NCBI GenBank assembly: GCA_001938485.1
Contig: MQRK01217052.1
Location: forward strand, 1 to 64,000
DNA from: Girardia tigrina
Lineage: Eukaryota
Reading direction: 5' to 3'
Length of the DNA stretch: 64,000 nt
The translations under genes and the position numbers were made by a program. The notes under the pieces were generated by a model. It worked only from the letters and a program-made list of their open reading frames with translations, did not search any database and was not told the origin of the DNA. Positions 37,164-51,024 of this stretch are shown one piece after another; the stretch's first letter is position 1; every line of letters starts with the position of its first letter.

Positions 37164-40100
37164 CAAGTAACCAATATTATTGTGTCATCACAACTGACTT
37201 TAAACAATCAATTTAATCAGCAATCACTCAATAATTATTACGCAATTAACCTTAGTTACTTCTGTTAGTAACAAACAATATTGATTACATAACTATTCCT
37301 ACTCTCAGATACTTTCACATACGTGTTGTCAGTCCTCATTAGTTTTTTTGGATGGGTTTGTTTGCTTTTATTTGTTTTGTTTAGTATGTGTCACGACTTT
37401 TGCGGTTGCCCTCTGCATGGGTTGATTTACTAATCACGGCGGATTTTTTTACAGATATGTAGTAGATTGTTTGTATTGTGTTAGTCTGTGCTTTTATTTT
37501 TTATATGATTTTATTTTTGTGCATACTGAAGAAAAATAATTAAAGATAAAAAGTATATTGTCAAAAGAAATAAAGAAGGTTAAAGGAAAGAAAAAGCTAA
37601 TTATATTATCATAAGAAAAAATTTCGAATTTAAATTAAAATTAGAAATCAATAAACAATTAATCAGAAATTTTAAAAATTACTTACCGACGAATTTATAA
37701 TTCTGTATTGCAATTTCCGAACAAGATATCTATTTACGAATACAACGAACTCTATTGTGGAATCTATTCGCTCAAAACATCTCATCTAATTATCAGACTA
37801 TATTTGTAATTATACCGTGACTTTTTTCTTGCTACCATAAAGGTTATATTAATTAAAGTTATTTAATTGCAATATACGATTGTGGATTTTGTTGTTAACT
37901 CATTTTTTTTAATCATTTGGATCGAAATAATTCGGACTAAATTCATCAAACGTTGAATAGATATACTAAGTTTGGTTAATTTAGTCATCCATCCATAATA
38001 ATTATATTTTCTTTTGGTCTAATCGAGGTAGAAATAGTGATTTCAGTTACTACAGACCAGAGCCGAGGTATAATTACTTTTGTATTGTTCTAGTGATTCT
38101 AATTATTATTTACCAATAATTAAAAGATCAATTCAATTAATAATAAGATAAATTAAAAAGAAATTAAAATAAAATAAAATATCAATGAAAATGTGATTAT
38201 ATTTAATTTTCAGTTGTTTTTTTTGCGAAAATTAGCCCCTAGATATGAGGTCACCGTTTACATAACTTGTTCATTGTCTGCAATCCTTTTCCTATATAAA
38301 TGAACTTTCAGGTTGCAAAATAGTAAAAAATTTCATTCATGATGGATATAGTGCAGATAAGAAAGCTCTACGGAGTCACTTTGTTGAACAGCTGTCTAGG
38401 CCACATTGAATTTGTGCATGGATGCTTTGTCGGGGAGTAAGAACAATATCTAATTATAAGGTTTTCGAATTTTCCTACGGGATTTCTCATCGTAGCTTTG
38501 TCATCGAAATGAGGAAACAACACTAGACGAATCCCAAACATGGTCATTTCTCAATTCTCAGTTATCATTCTCTGTCTTCTGGAATGTAGTAAAAGAGTGG
38601 TGTATTTTTCTCTTTGACGATATATTCAAGTAATCAGGAACGAATTTCAGCGTAAATATTGAAGTTCTCTTAGAATGATTTTAAATCTGGAACGATTTTT
38701 AACTCTAGAACAATAAATTGTTACGAAGGCTTTCACAACTCACAAAATTCTCTGTTTGTTTCTCAACATGCTAACATTTGATCCCTTCTTAATGGATTAA
38801 TTACATTAACTCATTAAAATTTCATAACATAATCATTAACAATGCAAGAACTGAAAATCCAGAACCTCAAAAGAAAAAAAATGTCGCCTTATCTCAAAAA
38901 ATATTAAGAAAAGTAACAGAACTCAAGATATAGTCCCATTTTTAGATCCAAATTTCTGGTTTAAAGTTTGATTTGTAAAGGTTATACATGTTTGTCTTTG
39001 GTTCAAGGTTCGAGTGTCACTTCTGTATTTTATACATGAGACTAGTTATTCGAACAAATTCTTTTCTTTAATTTTAAACAAGTTCACATTCAGAAAACAA
39101 AATAACAAAAACAGAATGGTCTTTAACAATGGGAGGTAATTATATTAGAATGTACTTGGAGACTCAATTCTTTTTAATTATCAATTTTTTATTTCTGCCT
39201 TTTAAGATTAAAGAAAATTTACAAATGTTAAACAATGTAAAATTTTATCTGAGCACAATGTTATTTTCCTTCATTTTAGGAAGAAAGTTGTAGTAATTAT
39301 TTTTCAAAAACGATTATTTCATTAGGCTAATTATGATATTTATTAATTATTATAGATTTTAATTATTTTTTGTTTGTAATTAACTTTAAATTAATAAAAA
39401 ACTTTTTAATTATTTCTTTTAATGAATTTTAATTAGTTGTAATTAAGAACGTATTCTTCTAAATCATTTAAAAGTCATTTTTAGTTGGAACGAGAATAAA
39501 TTAAGTGTTTTCGGAAATATTATTTACGGATTTGTTAAAGTAAACATAAAAATAATTATTATAATGCGACAAATAATTTTAGGCATTTATGCAATAGAAG
39601 AATTAGTACTTCCACAATTTTAAATATATTTTAGGAAAAGAATTTTATTTTAATTAATATTAATATATAATTAATTAATTAATTAATTATATACATTCAA
39701 AAATATCTTTATAAAATATTTAGGAATAAAATTTTTATTTTTTAAATATTATTTTTGAGGAAAATTTTATTTGCTAGTTATACTTTTATTCATACTATGT
39801 TATCTAATTCATATTATTTTATTCATATTATTTTATCTTAGTCGAATTCAACGCTTGTCTAAAAATGCTTCCCTTGATATTTTTTTAATATTAGAATAAA
39901 TAAGACAATAGAATGTAAACTATTACAATATGTATAAACAAATTGTAAAATAAACAGCTTGAGTTACTATAAAAAAGATATTTTTGAATCACAAATAAGT
40001 TACCTAGTTGGATTTTTTAAACAATCGAATGATAAACAAAGTTATTATTTCGAGAGTAAATTATCGTAAATAAACTTCTTTAGTCAATGTATTTGGATAA

Positions 40101-41710
40101 TATCGCTTATAAAAGAAAGAATAGCTATTAGATTGTACTGATAGTCATATAATAATTTATTTTATTTTTACCTTGCATGGTAATATTATATTGTATATCG
40201 AATTTTTAAATTTTGAATTTTGAAATGTTTTAATTAATTTTTCATTATGAGGTGGGGGGAATTATTCAGTCTAGTTTCTTCTACTCTTTCTACAACTTTT
40301 ATTTTTTCTTCTACTTTGGTTAAGTTAAATTCTTTCTTTTGATAGGTGGGAATAACAAAAACAAATTAAAATAATTTAAAATACAATGAATAAATATATA
40401 ATAAATATACACAAATATATATGAATATAACATAATTAATATAACAAGTATTTATGATTTATAAATTAAAGATAATTTAGTATTAATTATAAATAATGAA
40501 AATAATTTTTAGTTAATAATATATAATTAACATAAATAAACATAAATAAATGAATGAATTATATGCAGTCAAAATAATGGGTGAGGAAAAGTCAAGCTAC
40601 ACTAATATTTAATATAATGATTTTTTAAAAATTGCATACTTTATAATAATCACAAATATAATTAAAAGTATAACTGAATTTATTTTATTTTTTTATTTAA
40701 ATATATATATATATGTGTGTAAAATTAAATTGTTAATTGATTTTTTGATCTTTTTAATTTTTAATAGAAATCAAAACAATAAAATTCTAATTTAAATCCC
40801 AAAATGTGCTCTAATTATTTTAATAGCAATATTTTGAGCATAAAAAATTGAATAACAATGATTCGAATTAAATATATGCAATTAATTATAACCCCGAATC
40901 TTAATTTCTCACGTTTCAAAACAAAATATATAATATATAATTATGAAATTTCTTTCTGATTCCATGAAAAAGAGAGTAGGATTTTCGTTACAAGAAAATT
41001 TTACTATCTTCGGAAAATCGAATGAAAACAAAATGAATTTACAAATGATTTATATAGAAGAAATCAAATAGTGAAAATGTTTATCTCTTTAGATTAAACA
41101 TTTTTTAATATATTTGAATTTATAGAACGACTATACATTAAGTATATATTTGGATATATTAGATGATAAAAAATAATTTTAAATATTTAGTATTCATGGT
41201 TATTTCATTTCCCATTTTGAATACTATATTGTATGTAAGCGTCTTGCTTCACGACATTTCCTATATTGTTGCTTTCTAACCCGCGTAGTCTAAATTACAA
41301 GGCATCAATTTAGGCAAAGCTCGTCAATGTTTAAAGTTTTCCCCATTCTCCTTTCAGTTATAAAAATGTAATACAATGGTGTAATTTAACAGAGAACCTA
41401 ATTTTATGTGATATGCGAACAAAAAGTTTAAATCAGATAGTATATATTATAGTATAGATAGTATCAGATTATCAATATTTACAATACAGCCTACTATAAT
41501 TGGAAAAGAATTTTGAAGAACAGAAAACTTATCCTTTGAAAAAGAAAATGTTCTATTCTTTCATTGCATCTAATGGCCCTACTTAATGCACTTGGCTTTG
41601 AGTGTTCAATCTTTCGGGTTTTGTAATGATGATTTGATATCCATGACAATTATTTGTATAAATTTATAAGTGTTTATGTCACAATTATATGACACAATTA
41701 CAAATATATA

Positions 41711-42145
41711 TATTAATAACATCAATATGATTTTTCGAAAATTTATTAATATCACAAGCAGAATTGTCATTACAACAATTATTTCAACTACTTTTGATAA
41801 TCGTCATTTTTCTTGATTAATATATTTTCAGAGTTTCGTCATAATTTATGAAAGCAATTTATAATATTTATTAATTATCAAATTTCTAATTGGCTTAAAT
41901 TAAATCTTCACATTTAAAAAAATACCAATTAAATTAATACATTAAAATTTTAAATTACAATAAAAAATAAATGTTACATTCGAAAATTATTTTAGATAAT
42001 TATACTTTAAAATTAAATGAAATTATTTTAAATAAGTAGAAATCAAAGAAAATGCCAATCATTCTTCTGCATAGGAGAAACACAATCCGAATCAACATAC
42101 AACATGAAAAATATAAAACAACAATAATTCAAAACATTCCTCACA
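41711..42145 (-). mobile_element. Solo LTR (TGTGAGGAAT family)
   Basis: TGTGAGGAATG start, TTTCTCCTATGCAGAAG box, ends GTTATTAATA. Confidence 0.75.
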
Positions 42146-42699
42146 ATAATCAAACATCTAAACATGTTCTATGATCATGTATATAAGAACATGTATATAA
42201 AAGAAAAAAAGAAAAAAATTGATACCGATTAATATAAAGCACTTGATATGGTTTTTAACTGAAATATATAACTTTTTGTCTTTGTCTTTTACTTTTCTTA
42301 ATTTTGTAGAAAGTGTTAATAAACTAAGTTCGTTGTTAAATCAAAACGTTTAATCATAATCTTTTCGTAAAGGAAAAAAAGGATAAAATAGTTCTAAAAA
42401 TCAGAGTTTTGTTTCTACTGATGGTTCAAAGAAAGAAATTGAAGTACCATTAAATATTATTAGCATGCTAAAATATTATGTAATTGTACCTTATTTTGAA
42501 TGATATAAAACTTTAGAAAATGTTATTAAAAGCAACTATTGAATGAAATTTAAAATGATCTCAGAAAATATATTCAATAATAAATCAAATTTATTTGCAA
42601 CACTGTTTTGATATTGTTAATGAATATAAATGTAACTGTCACGATTTAACATTTATATGAGAGACTATGATTTTAAAAATTTGAAAATAAATAAAAAAT

Positions 42700-42999
42700 T
42701 TTGTAATTGAAAAATTAAGTGATACTTTAATGGAATAATTTTTTGATGAGGGAAGAGAAGAGGAGGAATTGAATGAATAAAATAACGAAGATGCAATACA
42801 AGGTTTAGAGAATCCTGTAAATATTTTAAGCAATAACGATGATGTTGACTGTTTGACAAAGTTGATTTTGTTTGTAAAAGAAAACTAACTCTTTGATGAT
42901 GATGAACTACATTTGTTGAAGATGAAATTTGTTGTTATGAATTTACAAAAAAAGAAGTTGAAACAAAAACCAATAACTGGATTTTTAAAGAAATTATAG
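42700..42999 (+). pseudogene. Tigger/pogo transposase C-terminal relic
   Basis: Acidic tract followed by ...DCLTKLILFVKE...KKKLKQKPITGFLKKL*, similar to KQ..IT.FF pogo ends. Confidence 0.55.
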
Positions 43000-43000
43000 T

Positions 43001-43426
43001 TGTGAGGAATACTTTGAATGGTGCTTATGTTATGTTGTTTGGTATGCGGTTTTATGATTGCGTTTCTCCAACTCAGATGGAAGATTGATATTTTAAATAT
43101 TTTAAAACGTCGAAGTATTAATTCAATTTTAAAGTTTAAATAACTAACTTTAAAATTAAATTAATATATCATAAATAGTATATTTAAAACTTTTTTAAAA
43201 TAATTAAAATTATTTTTGAAATTTATATTATAAATTATTTTGAAATAAAATTATAAATAAATTGTAATTTAAATTTGTTTAAATAATAAGACATTTGGAA
43301 ATAGAACTAAATTTATCAATCAAGAACGATAACTAACTATGAAAGTTTTATGGAGAATTGTCCTAGTAGCGATTCAAGTTTAAATACAAATAAAAGTATT
43401 AAAAATTCCAATTATTGTTCTTAATA
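43001..43426 (+). mobile_element. Solo LTR (TGTGAGGAAT family)
   Basis: TGTGAGGAATA...CTCCAACTCAGATGG...AATAAA...GTTCTTAATA with perfect 5-bp TSD ATAGT. Confidence 0.92.
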
Positions 43427-43619
43427 ATAGTGCTAAAAACGTAAGAGTTTACGCTTTTATACTTTAAACATATATATATATATAAAACTCTCTCTCTACA
43501 CATCCATATAAAGTACAAATTGAAAACTTTTTGATTACAAATTGTGTGTAACTTATATTGAGAGTTTACTATATTTATAGTAAACAAAATATATGGTAAC
43601 AAAAACATCCTCCTTTCAT

Positions 43620-43666
43620 TGGTGCCTCGTGAGGGGATTGAATTACTGCGTTTTCACTGCGCTACC
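43620..43666 (+). other. tRNA-complementary primer-binding site (elongator Met-like), apparently bipartite
   Basis: TGGTGCCTCGTGAGGGGATTGAA one base after an LTR-like ...TTTCA end, then CACTGCGCTACC, the reverse complement of GGTAGCGCAGTG (D-arm-like). Confidence 0.6.
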
Positions 43667-44530
43667 ACAACAACTATTATAATTTAATATTTGAAAGTAT
43701 TATAAAAAATTATTTTTTTAAATTTGTTAGTGTTATAAAAAAGTTATTTTTAAGGGAATAATTTTGTGATTTATTTTAATTATTTAAGATAATATTGGAT
43801 AATAATAGAAAAAGGTTTTTTAAATTGAAGTTAAAGATTTTAAAATTTGAAACGTGTGACATTTTGAATTTTTAAAAATAAATTTCTAAAATAGAATGTC
43901 AAATAAATATATATATATATATATTAAAAAGCAAGTTTTGAAAGATTAAGTATTAAAAAAAATTTTTTGCATTATTTCTAAGTCAAAATAATACATAATT
44001 TATGTATCGAATGTCGACGGTTCTATATTTTAATCAAAGCAAAGTCTAAGTATTATATATCCTTTAATACTTTATAAATTTTTAGAAATTATTATTATCA
44101 GAATAATAAAGTGTACTCGAATAACAAATTCTCAAACGTGAAAGCCAAAAAGCGCTATATTATTTTTTCTGTTTTACAAATCGAAACGTTTAATTCCCAA
44201 GATAATTCTCCTCTTTCGTCTCAAATCATTTCAAAATAATTTTATATATTTTTTCTTTGGTGATTCGTCTTTTATATTTCTTTCTATTTATTTGTATTTG
44301 ATTATTTGGATTCAATTATTAAATATTTTAAAATTTTGTTTTAAAAATCTAATAACAATATAGAATAAATAAATTAAGTTTCTTTAAATCAAATGGCAAT
44401 TTCGTCATTAAACAAAAAATAACACCATTTTAATTTTAAATTTTTATTCGAAAACATGTTTCGCCACTTTTGTGGCATCTTCATTTCTGTATTTAATTAG
44501 AAAGTTATTGTTTATATAGAAAGATGACCA

Positions 44531-44572
44531 TTACGTCACTGTGTTACGTCAAAATACTCTAATATGATTGGA
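44531..44572. promoter_or_regulatory. Putative promoter: two TTACGTCA (CRE/ATF-like) sites and an inverted CCAAT box
   Basis: TTACGTCA at 44532 and 44544; GATTGG at ~44566; minus-strand ATG nearby at ~44484. Confidence 0.3.
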
Positions 44573-44865
44573 CAAAATATAAAATATTTTAAAAATTAAA
44601 AAAAACCTTAGCGACAATATTTAGTCAACCGTGAAATTTAGTGTTATTAAAGCTTATACAAGGGAAGTTGATATTTAGACCTTTATAAATGCATTTTTTC
44701 AATGTTATGCGATTAATAAACAATTGTGTAAATGCACTTCTTTCATTTTAGAATAACGGTTATACAAAAAAATTAAAAAAACGTTTTTTGTGAGTATTTA
44801 AAATTTTTTTCTGTTAACTTTATATGATTTCCTTTAATTTACGTCATAAATTCTAGACAATAATT

Positions 44866-44911
<46 letters not shown>

Positions 44912-45555
44912 AAAATAATATAATTAATTGAAATAAAAATATTATTGACAAAATTTATTGTTCTAGGTTGGACTCTGAAATCTTGATTAATCTTAAGAGA
45001 TCAAAAAATAATTTAAATAATTATAATTTTATTTAATTTATTTCCTATTCAAAAATTCACTATTTTTTTCAATTTATAAATCAATGAAACGATTAACTAA
45101 CAAAAACATTAACAAATTTGCAAAGAAGGTTTTTTACTTTCAGTTTAATTAAAGCAAGCGCTCGTTATTTCAATTACAGCTGCAACAATGTCACTTTTAA
45201 AATTTTTTCCTTGAATATTAAAAAAAAAGAATGATAGAGGATAATGACAAGAGATTTTTTAGAAATGTTATTTTGAAAAAGAGAGAACCAGAATCTTAAT
45301 TAATTCTTGATTCTTGTACTTGTTAATTACTTTTAATTTCAAATTTTTTTTTTCTCAGTAAAATAACATATAATTTGTTGGGAAAAAAATAACTTTGAAA
45401 ATAATTGCAATTTTCTGATTTTCTTTTTTAACAATTTGATGTGAAAATTATATTTGTATTTTTTTACAAATTATTAGTCGTAAATGTTGTCTGTATGAAA
45501 AACAAAACTCTCAATCTTTATCAGACAAATTTGGAAATCTTTAAAAATATTTTCT

Positions 45556-45593
<38 letters not shown>

Positions 45594-46499
45594 TTATTGA
45601 AAAATATTTAAAAATTAGAGGATTTTTTTAATTCTTTAAATTAACATTTTAGTGAAGGTTAAAAAATCTTTCGGGTACCCTTCTATAATGATTTTTTCTA
45701 TTTTTAGAAAATAGATGTTTAAGTTTGACTTTAGAATTTTTTTTATTTTGATAATTTATTATTTAATAATTTTATATTATTTTTTTTAATTATCATTTAT
45801 CATTTTAGATCTGCTTGGAGTTTAGATCAAAGGAAAATGTTTTACTATATCAATGTAAAAATATATTATGGCAATAGAAATCATGTTATAATATAAAAAA
45901 TTTAATTGTTCAGTTTTCAACAACGAAAAATAATATTGTACTAAATAAAGCTACCACTATATAAAACGCTTCACGTTTATTTGATTCGATTTTTCAGATT
46001 TATTACTAGAATTGTCTGGAGCATGCGTTTGATCAGTAATATTCAGTACTGTCTCTAAGTTTCTCTCCTCAGTCTTCCGACACACTAACGTTTGACAAAT
46101 CTCCATGAAAAGGATCCATATTCTTTTCGCTTCTTACAACGATTTCTGTACCATTTATAAAGCATTTGTTCATTTCATTTGTGTCACTTAACAATGTTCG
46201 TTTCGTTCAAAATTAATTTGTTTGTTTGTAGTTATTTAAAACAGATTTATTTTTCCATTCATAAAAAATAATTTAAATATTAAAAATTTATACATTTTTT
46301 AATATTTATATTATTTTTTTAAAATATTTTTAGTAATAACGAATTAATAATAAAAAATCAACAGATTTTCAAAAACATTTAAATTTATTTTAGCACATCT
46401 GTCGTTGCGTGCATTTTTCGTGCACGCATTTGTCGGGTCCCATTTGCTCGTATCTAAACTGCGTACGAATATTATGTTTGTTCAAACAATATCAATTTT

Positions 46500-46930
46500 C
46501 ATAAATAATAACATCATTGAAAAAACTGAATTTTATTCCTTCAAAAAAAATATTTTGGTAGTTTTTTCACCATCATCAGGCTTAATTAATAATCTTGTAA
46601 CAATTAAAATGATGATTATATAATCAAGTGATACAATAACTAATAAAATAATTTTAACAAAGTTAAGAGGCACTTGTTTGGGCATTAATTGATGAATTAT
46701 GTAATTTAATCAATAATGCTTCTCAAGAAACTCTTTCCCAATAATTTTTAAAATTACTGCACAATATTTTAAAATCAGTAATTTTCATATCCGATCTAAA
46801 AACTTCCATAAGCCTAGCAATCTTACTGCCATTTTCTAATCATTTGTGCTCCTGAATCTACAGATATGATGAGACATCTCTCCAATGTATGGAGCATTCA
46901 TTACAAGAAAACTGATTGCAAGAATAAAAT
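46500..46930 (-). mobile_element. Penelope-like GIY-YIG remnant plus pseudo-LTR
   Basis: QFSCNEC..YIGE motif and DFKILCSNFKNYWERVS*EALLIK...IN; homologous to 56195-56440. Confidence 0.8.
46546..46582 (-). ncRNA. Decayed hammerhead ribozyme
   Basis: AGC-CTGATGA-T-GGTGA-AAAAA-CTACC-AAAA-TATT; positional homologue of 56400 with GAAA changed to AAAA. Confidence 0.6.
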
Positions 46931-47479
46931 TTAGTTTTGTCAATAATGTTATTATTTGTGAAAATAAACATTTGATATTGTTTTTTACCTTTTTAATATC
47001 AATTTTATTTGTCATTCAAAATTTACTGTTTTTTTTTGTTCAAATTTATTTTTGGGCCAACACTTTCGAGGGTTGACAAAATTGGGGACATAAAAATATA
47101 TATAATTTTTTTAAAAAATACAAAAGAAAAATTGGATATCAAATTCCTCTGGGCGACATTAAATAAATCAATTTAAAATTTAAAGCTTAGTATATATTCA
47201 GGGCATTTAATTTTCGTATTGTATAGTCTGCTAGACGGAAAAAATGTCTAGTAAAAATATAGATAAAGTATAACAGCAGTTCTTCAAAAAGAAAAAATAG
47301 CGAATTTACTGTATTATTTACATGGATCGCTGATTTATTATCTGATAAATAATTAATTATTTTTGATTTTTATTTTTCTCGGCTTTTTTACAACTTCATT
47401 AAATTTTTCGTAATTGAAACCGAATGTTTAATTGATTTTTTTGATCAAATATTTTGTTTTTTTTATTTTTAAAAAATAT

Positions 47480-47955
47480 ACGTTTACCTCAATCTTTTTA
47501 ATCCTCAATATAATGGCAAAATAGAAATTTTTAACCGCTATCTAAAACAGACTCTGAGAACAAAATGCCAGAATCATAACTGGTTGGAAAAACTACCGGA
47601 GACAGCGCTAGCTCTCAGACTTAAACCAAATTCCACAGATAAAATTTTTCCATACGAAAAGTTAACAGAAAGTAAATATAAATTCAAATTATTTAGTAAA
47701 AGATCAGATAAGAAGTCATCAAAATTAGAACATAGTCACACAAATAAAACCGCTTTTATCAAAATACGGAACACAAACAATTTTAACGAAAGATATGAGG
47801 GACCATACGAAGTAACAAATTCAAACACAAATACCATCACCATTTTGAAAAACGGAAAATCAAAAACATATAACATTCGTAACGTGAAACTGATCGAGTA
47901 AAATTACATTATCTTAAAATCAAAGAATTTTATCACTCCGTGTACTTAGGGGGGG
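47480..47955 (+). mobile_element. Gypsy integrase 3' region and polypurine tract
   Basis: NPQYNGKIEIFNRYLKQTLR...WLEKLPETALALR...YEGPYEV; PPT AGGGGGGG just upstream of the LTR. Confidence 0.88.
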
Positions 47956-47958
47956 CTA

Positions 47959-48480
47959 TGTAGTGTGAATTTCTCTCACCAGTTTTTTTTCTGAACTATC
48001 GACTATTTGGATTTTTTTTAGCCTATATTTGTTTTTATTTATTTTGTATATGTCTTGGTGATGTTGTATTTAGTTTTGTGTGAGTATAGTTGTTCTGGTT
48101 CATGGTGTGTGATTTGTTTGTCGTTGTGTTCTTTGTTTTCGAGCTCTCTATCTCTCAAGAAAGAAACTGTGATTTTGAAACGTGAACGATGACAAATGCA
48201 ACATGAAAAATCTGAAATTATTGAAACTGTCATTAGTAATTTGCAGCTGAAAAAAGAGGGTATTTGGCTATATTTTGTGGAATTTGTCTTGTTTATTTTA
48301 TCAAATCGCGCTTTTGTGAATGCAACATCAATGATTACTGTTATTACTACAATAATGTCAATGAAAAGAAAAGAGGCGTTAACAGAGCGACACAGACAGC
48401 GGCAAAAACAACGATATTTTTACTATTTTTACTTGATCAATAATCTGAATGTATATGTGTATGTGTAGTCTCTTGCCACA
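47959..48480 (+). mobile_element. 3' LTR of a Gypsy element
   Basis: TGTAGTG start three bases after the PPT; putative ...GCCACA end. Confidence 0.65.
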
Positions 48481-50962
48481 TCGTTCGCGTTTTCCATTTA
48501 GGGTATGAAACACAAATATTATCTGGAGATATGTTTTTATTTTTCTCATAAAATTATTGAATGTATTTTTATCATAAGATCAAACAATAATTGCTCAGCG
48601 AATCGAAAGGAAATTTTGAACCTTTTGGCAACGATTAATCAGAGATTATTCAGAAAACAATTATTCTTATTCTCTTTTACCGGAACAGTTCGATTGTGGA
48701 AAGAACTCACTGAGCAATTTTACTCATGATAATTTTAATTTTTTTTATCCCGATTTTCGATGGTCCGCGTGCAGGATCAGAAAGAAGCATTATCTTAATC
48801 ACGCAAATTGTCTTTTAAAGCGTCATTCGAAAATCAAATTCAAATTGAATGAAGATTAGTTTCAATACCAAAATGGCACGATAGTTCTTTCAAAAATGTT
48901 TTTGAGATCTCACTCCAAATTTGGTTTAATATGTGCAAAAGAAAATTCATTGAATTTTCTCTATTCGAGGTTTATTGTTGATAGGAAAATTGGTATAAAA
49001 TTGGAATTTTAATAAAACTGAACTGGAAAATAATCAATAAACAAATTGATTAATAATTAACAATATCTAATACCGTTTATGGCTTTTGTACAGACTTTTC
49101 AAAAATGAATAAATTTTTGTTAGTTACCCCGGTTATTTTTATTTTGTTTTATTTACACCTATTTTTTATTTTTTTTATAGTTAAACGTTAATAACTTGTT
49201 AATTCTTTTTTATTTACTAGTAAAAGTAAATATTCGACAATACTCGAATATTTATTTTTACAGTTAGTAACGTTTATATCGTTTTAGATATTAGAATAGG
49301 AATTAATCAAAATTTTTATTAGCACAAATTAATAATTTTTATTACAAACAAATTCAAACAAATTTTCAATTTCTTTTGCCGACATTTATCTTAATTTTCA
49401 AATTCTGATTACAGCTTTAGAAACTTAATATTTAAATTAATATGTAATTTAATTTTAATTTAATTTATTTTTAATTAAAAAAAACTTTTTTACAAAACAT
49501 TAAAATTCTTTTATTTTAAATTAATTAAATATTTTTCAAAAATAATATTTATTTTAAAGATTTAAGAAAATATATTATTTCACAGCAAATAAACATTAAT
49601 TATAGCTCTTCTTTATTATTTTCAAAAATTATAAACTTAAAAATATAGTATATTTCAATTATATAATGAAACTTGATTTAAAATTCAATTTAATTTTTAA
49701 TAATAAGTTTTCTTGTAATTTTAATCATTTCTGAATAATTAAAATTTATCAGCCAAAAAAATAAACAAACTTATCATAATTTTTAAAATACGTAAGATAT
49801 TTGATAAATAAAATATGATATTAAAATAAAAATTTAAATATAAATAAATATTTTTATTTATTCAATACAAACTAAAGACAAATTATTCAAACGGAAACTT
49901 ATGATTATTAATTTCACTGAATTATCTATATTATTTTTTCTAAGGATTAAAGTAATATAAAAAGTCATTATAAATAATTACAAATAAATGTTAACACTCA
50001 ACCCAAATTATTTTATCCCAAAAGTCAAAATTCCGAATCAATAATTTTCACTGATGGAGAAAAAAATTATTCATGTTTATAAAAATCTTTTTCAAATCCA
50101 AAATATAATCTTTAATCTGATAAAAACGTATTTGCTTCAGTGAGAGACAATAAAGTTAAATCTCCTTAAAAGGAACTTTATTATTAATTACATCCTCCTA
50201 GTTTCTTTGATATTATACATTATCCTCTTTTTTATTATACTACCTTGTTATTGTCATAACAATTTTAAAAATGTTTTAATAAGAGTTATTTTTTATTATT
50301 TTTAACTAATACTTTATTAAGTAAATAATAATTACAAACATGTTATATATTAAAAAGCTATTCGAGTTAAAACTATTTTCATAGTTATAACAGAAGAAAT
50401 TTTACGGTTGTTTGATTTAAATAATTTTGTTTTTAAGTGATCGTTTTTACGTGAATTTGATATACCTTGATTTAAAAAGTTTTATAAAAAACAATTTTTA
50501 CCAAGAAAAAATATTTATTTGTTTTTTTGTTTAAGAAAGTGGTTCCCCCAAAAAAGGGAATCTCTTTAATTTTTTAGAATAATGTTTCACTTTTGATTGT
50601 GTTTTCGTTTTAAATAAACATATATTCTTTCATATTAGTAGAGATTCACAAAACTGCCCTTCGTAATGTGGATCAAATCCCATTCGTAGAACAAAAAACT
50701 CACGTTCGAAATTGATGAGATTCTATCCTTACAACATAGCCAATGGTCAAGAACCTTACTCGATCAACTCATTTGCGAGTGCCCACTAATCCAGGTTTTG
50801 AGATGACGATTTGTCTCTCCGATGTACGAGTTTTGATACCCGTGACAATTAAATTTATAAACCATATTAGCTTGCAATCCACAAACTGTTTTCGATTTAT
50901 TTGAGAGAACACTACAACCCATCAATTAGCATTCAAAATTGGCAAAGGAAGGCCATTTCAAT

Positions 50963-51024
<62 letters not shown>

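Noticed and set aside
20511-43095. Recurrent CCATCTGGGTAGGAGA...ATATTCCTCACA motif as an introner, ncRNA gene or piRNA promoter
   Set aside because: It is the 5' end of a Gypsy LTR, as shown by a shared 3' end (GTTCTTAA[C/T]A), 5-bp TSDs and one copy with PBS plus gag.
47230-47252. Hairpin ending in CTAGT as a Helitron 3' end
   Set aside because: The CTAG is part of the stem rather than downstream of it, and there is no other Helitron evidence.
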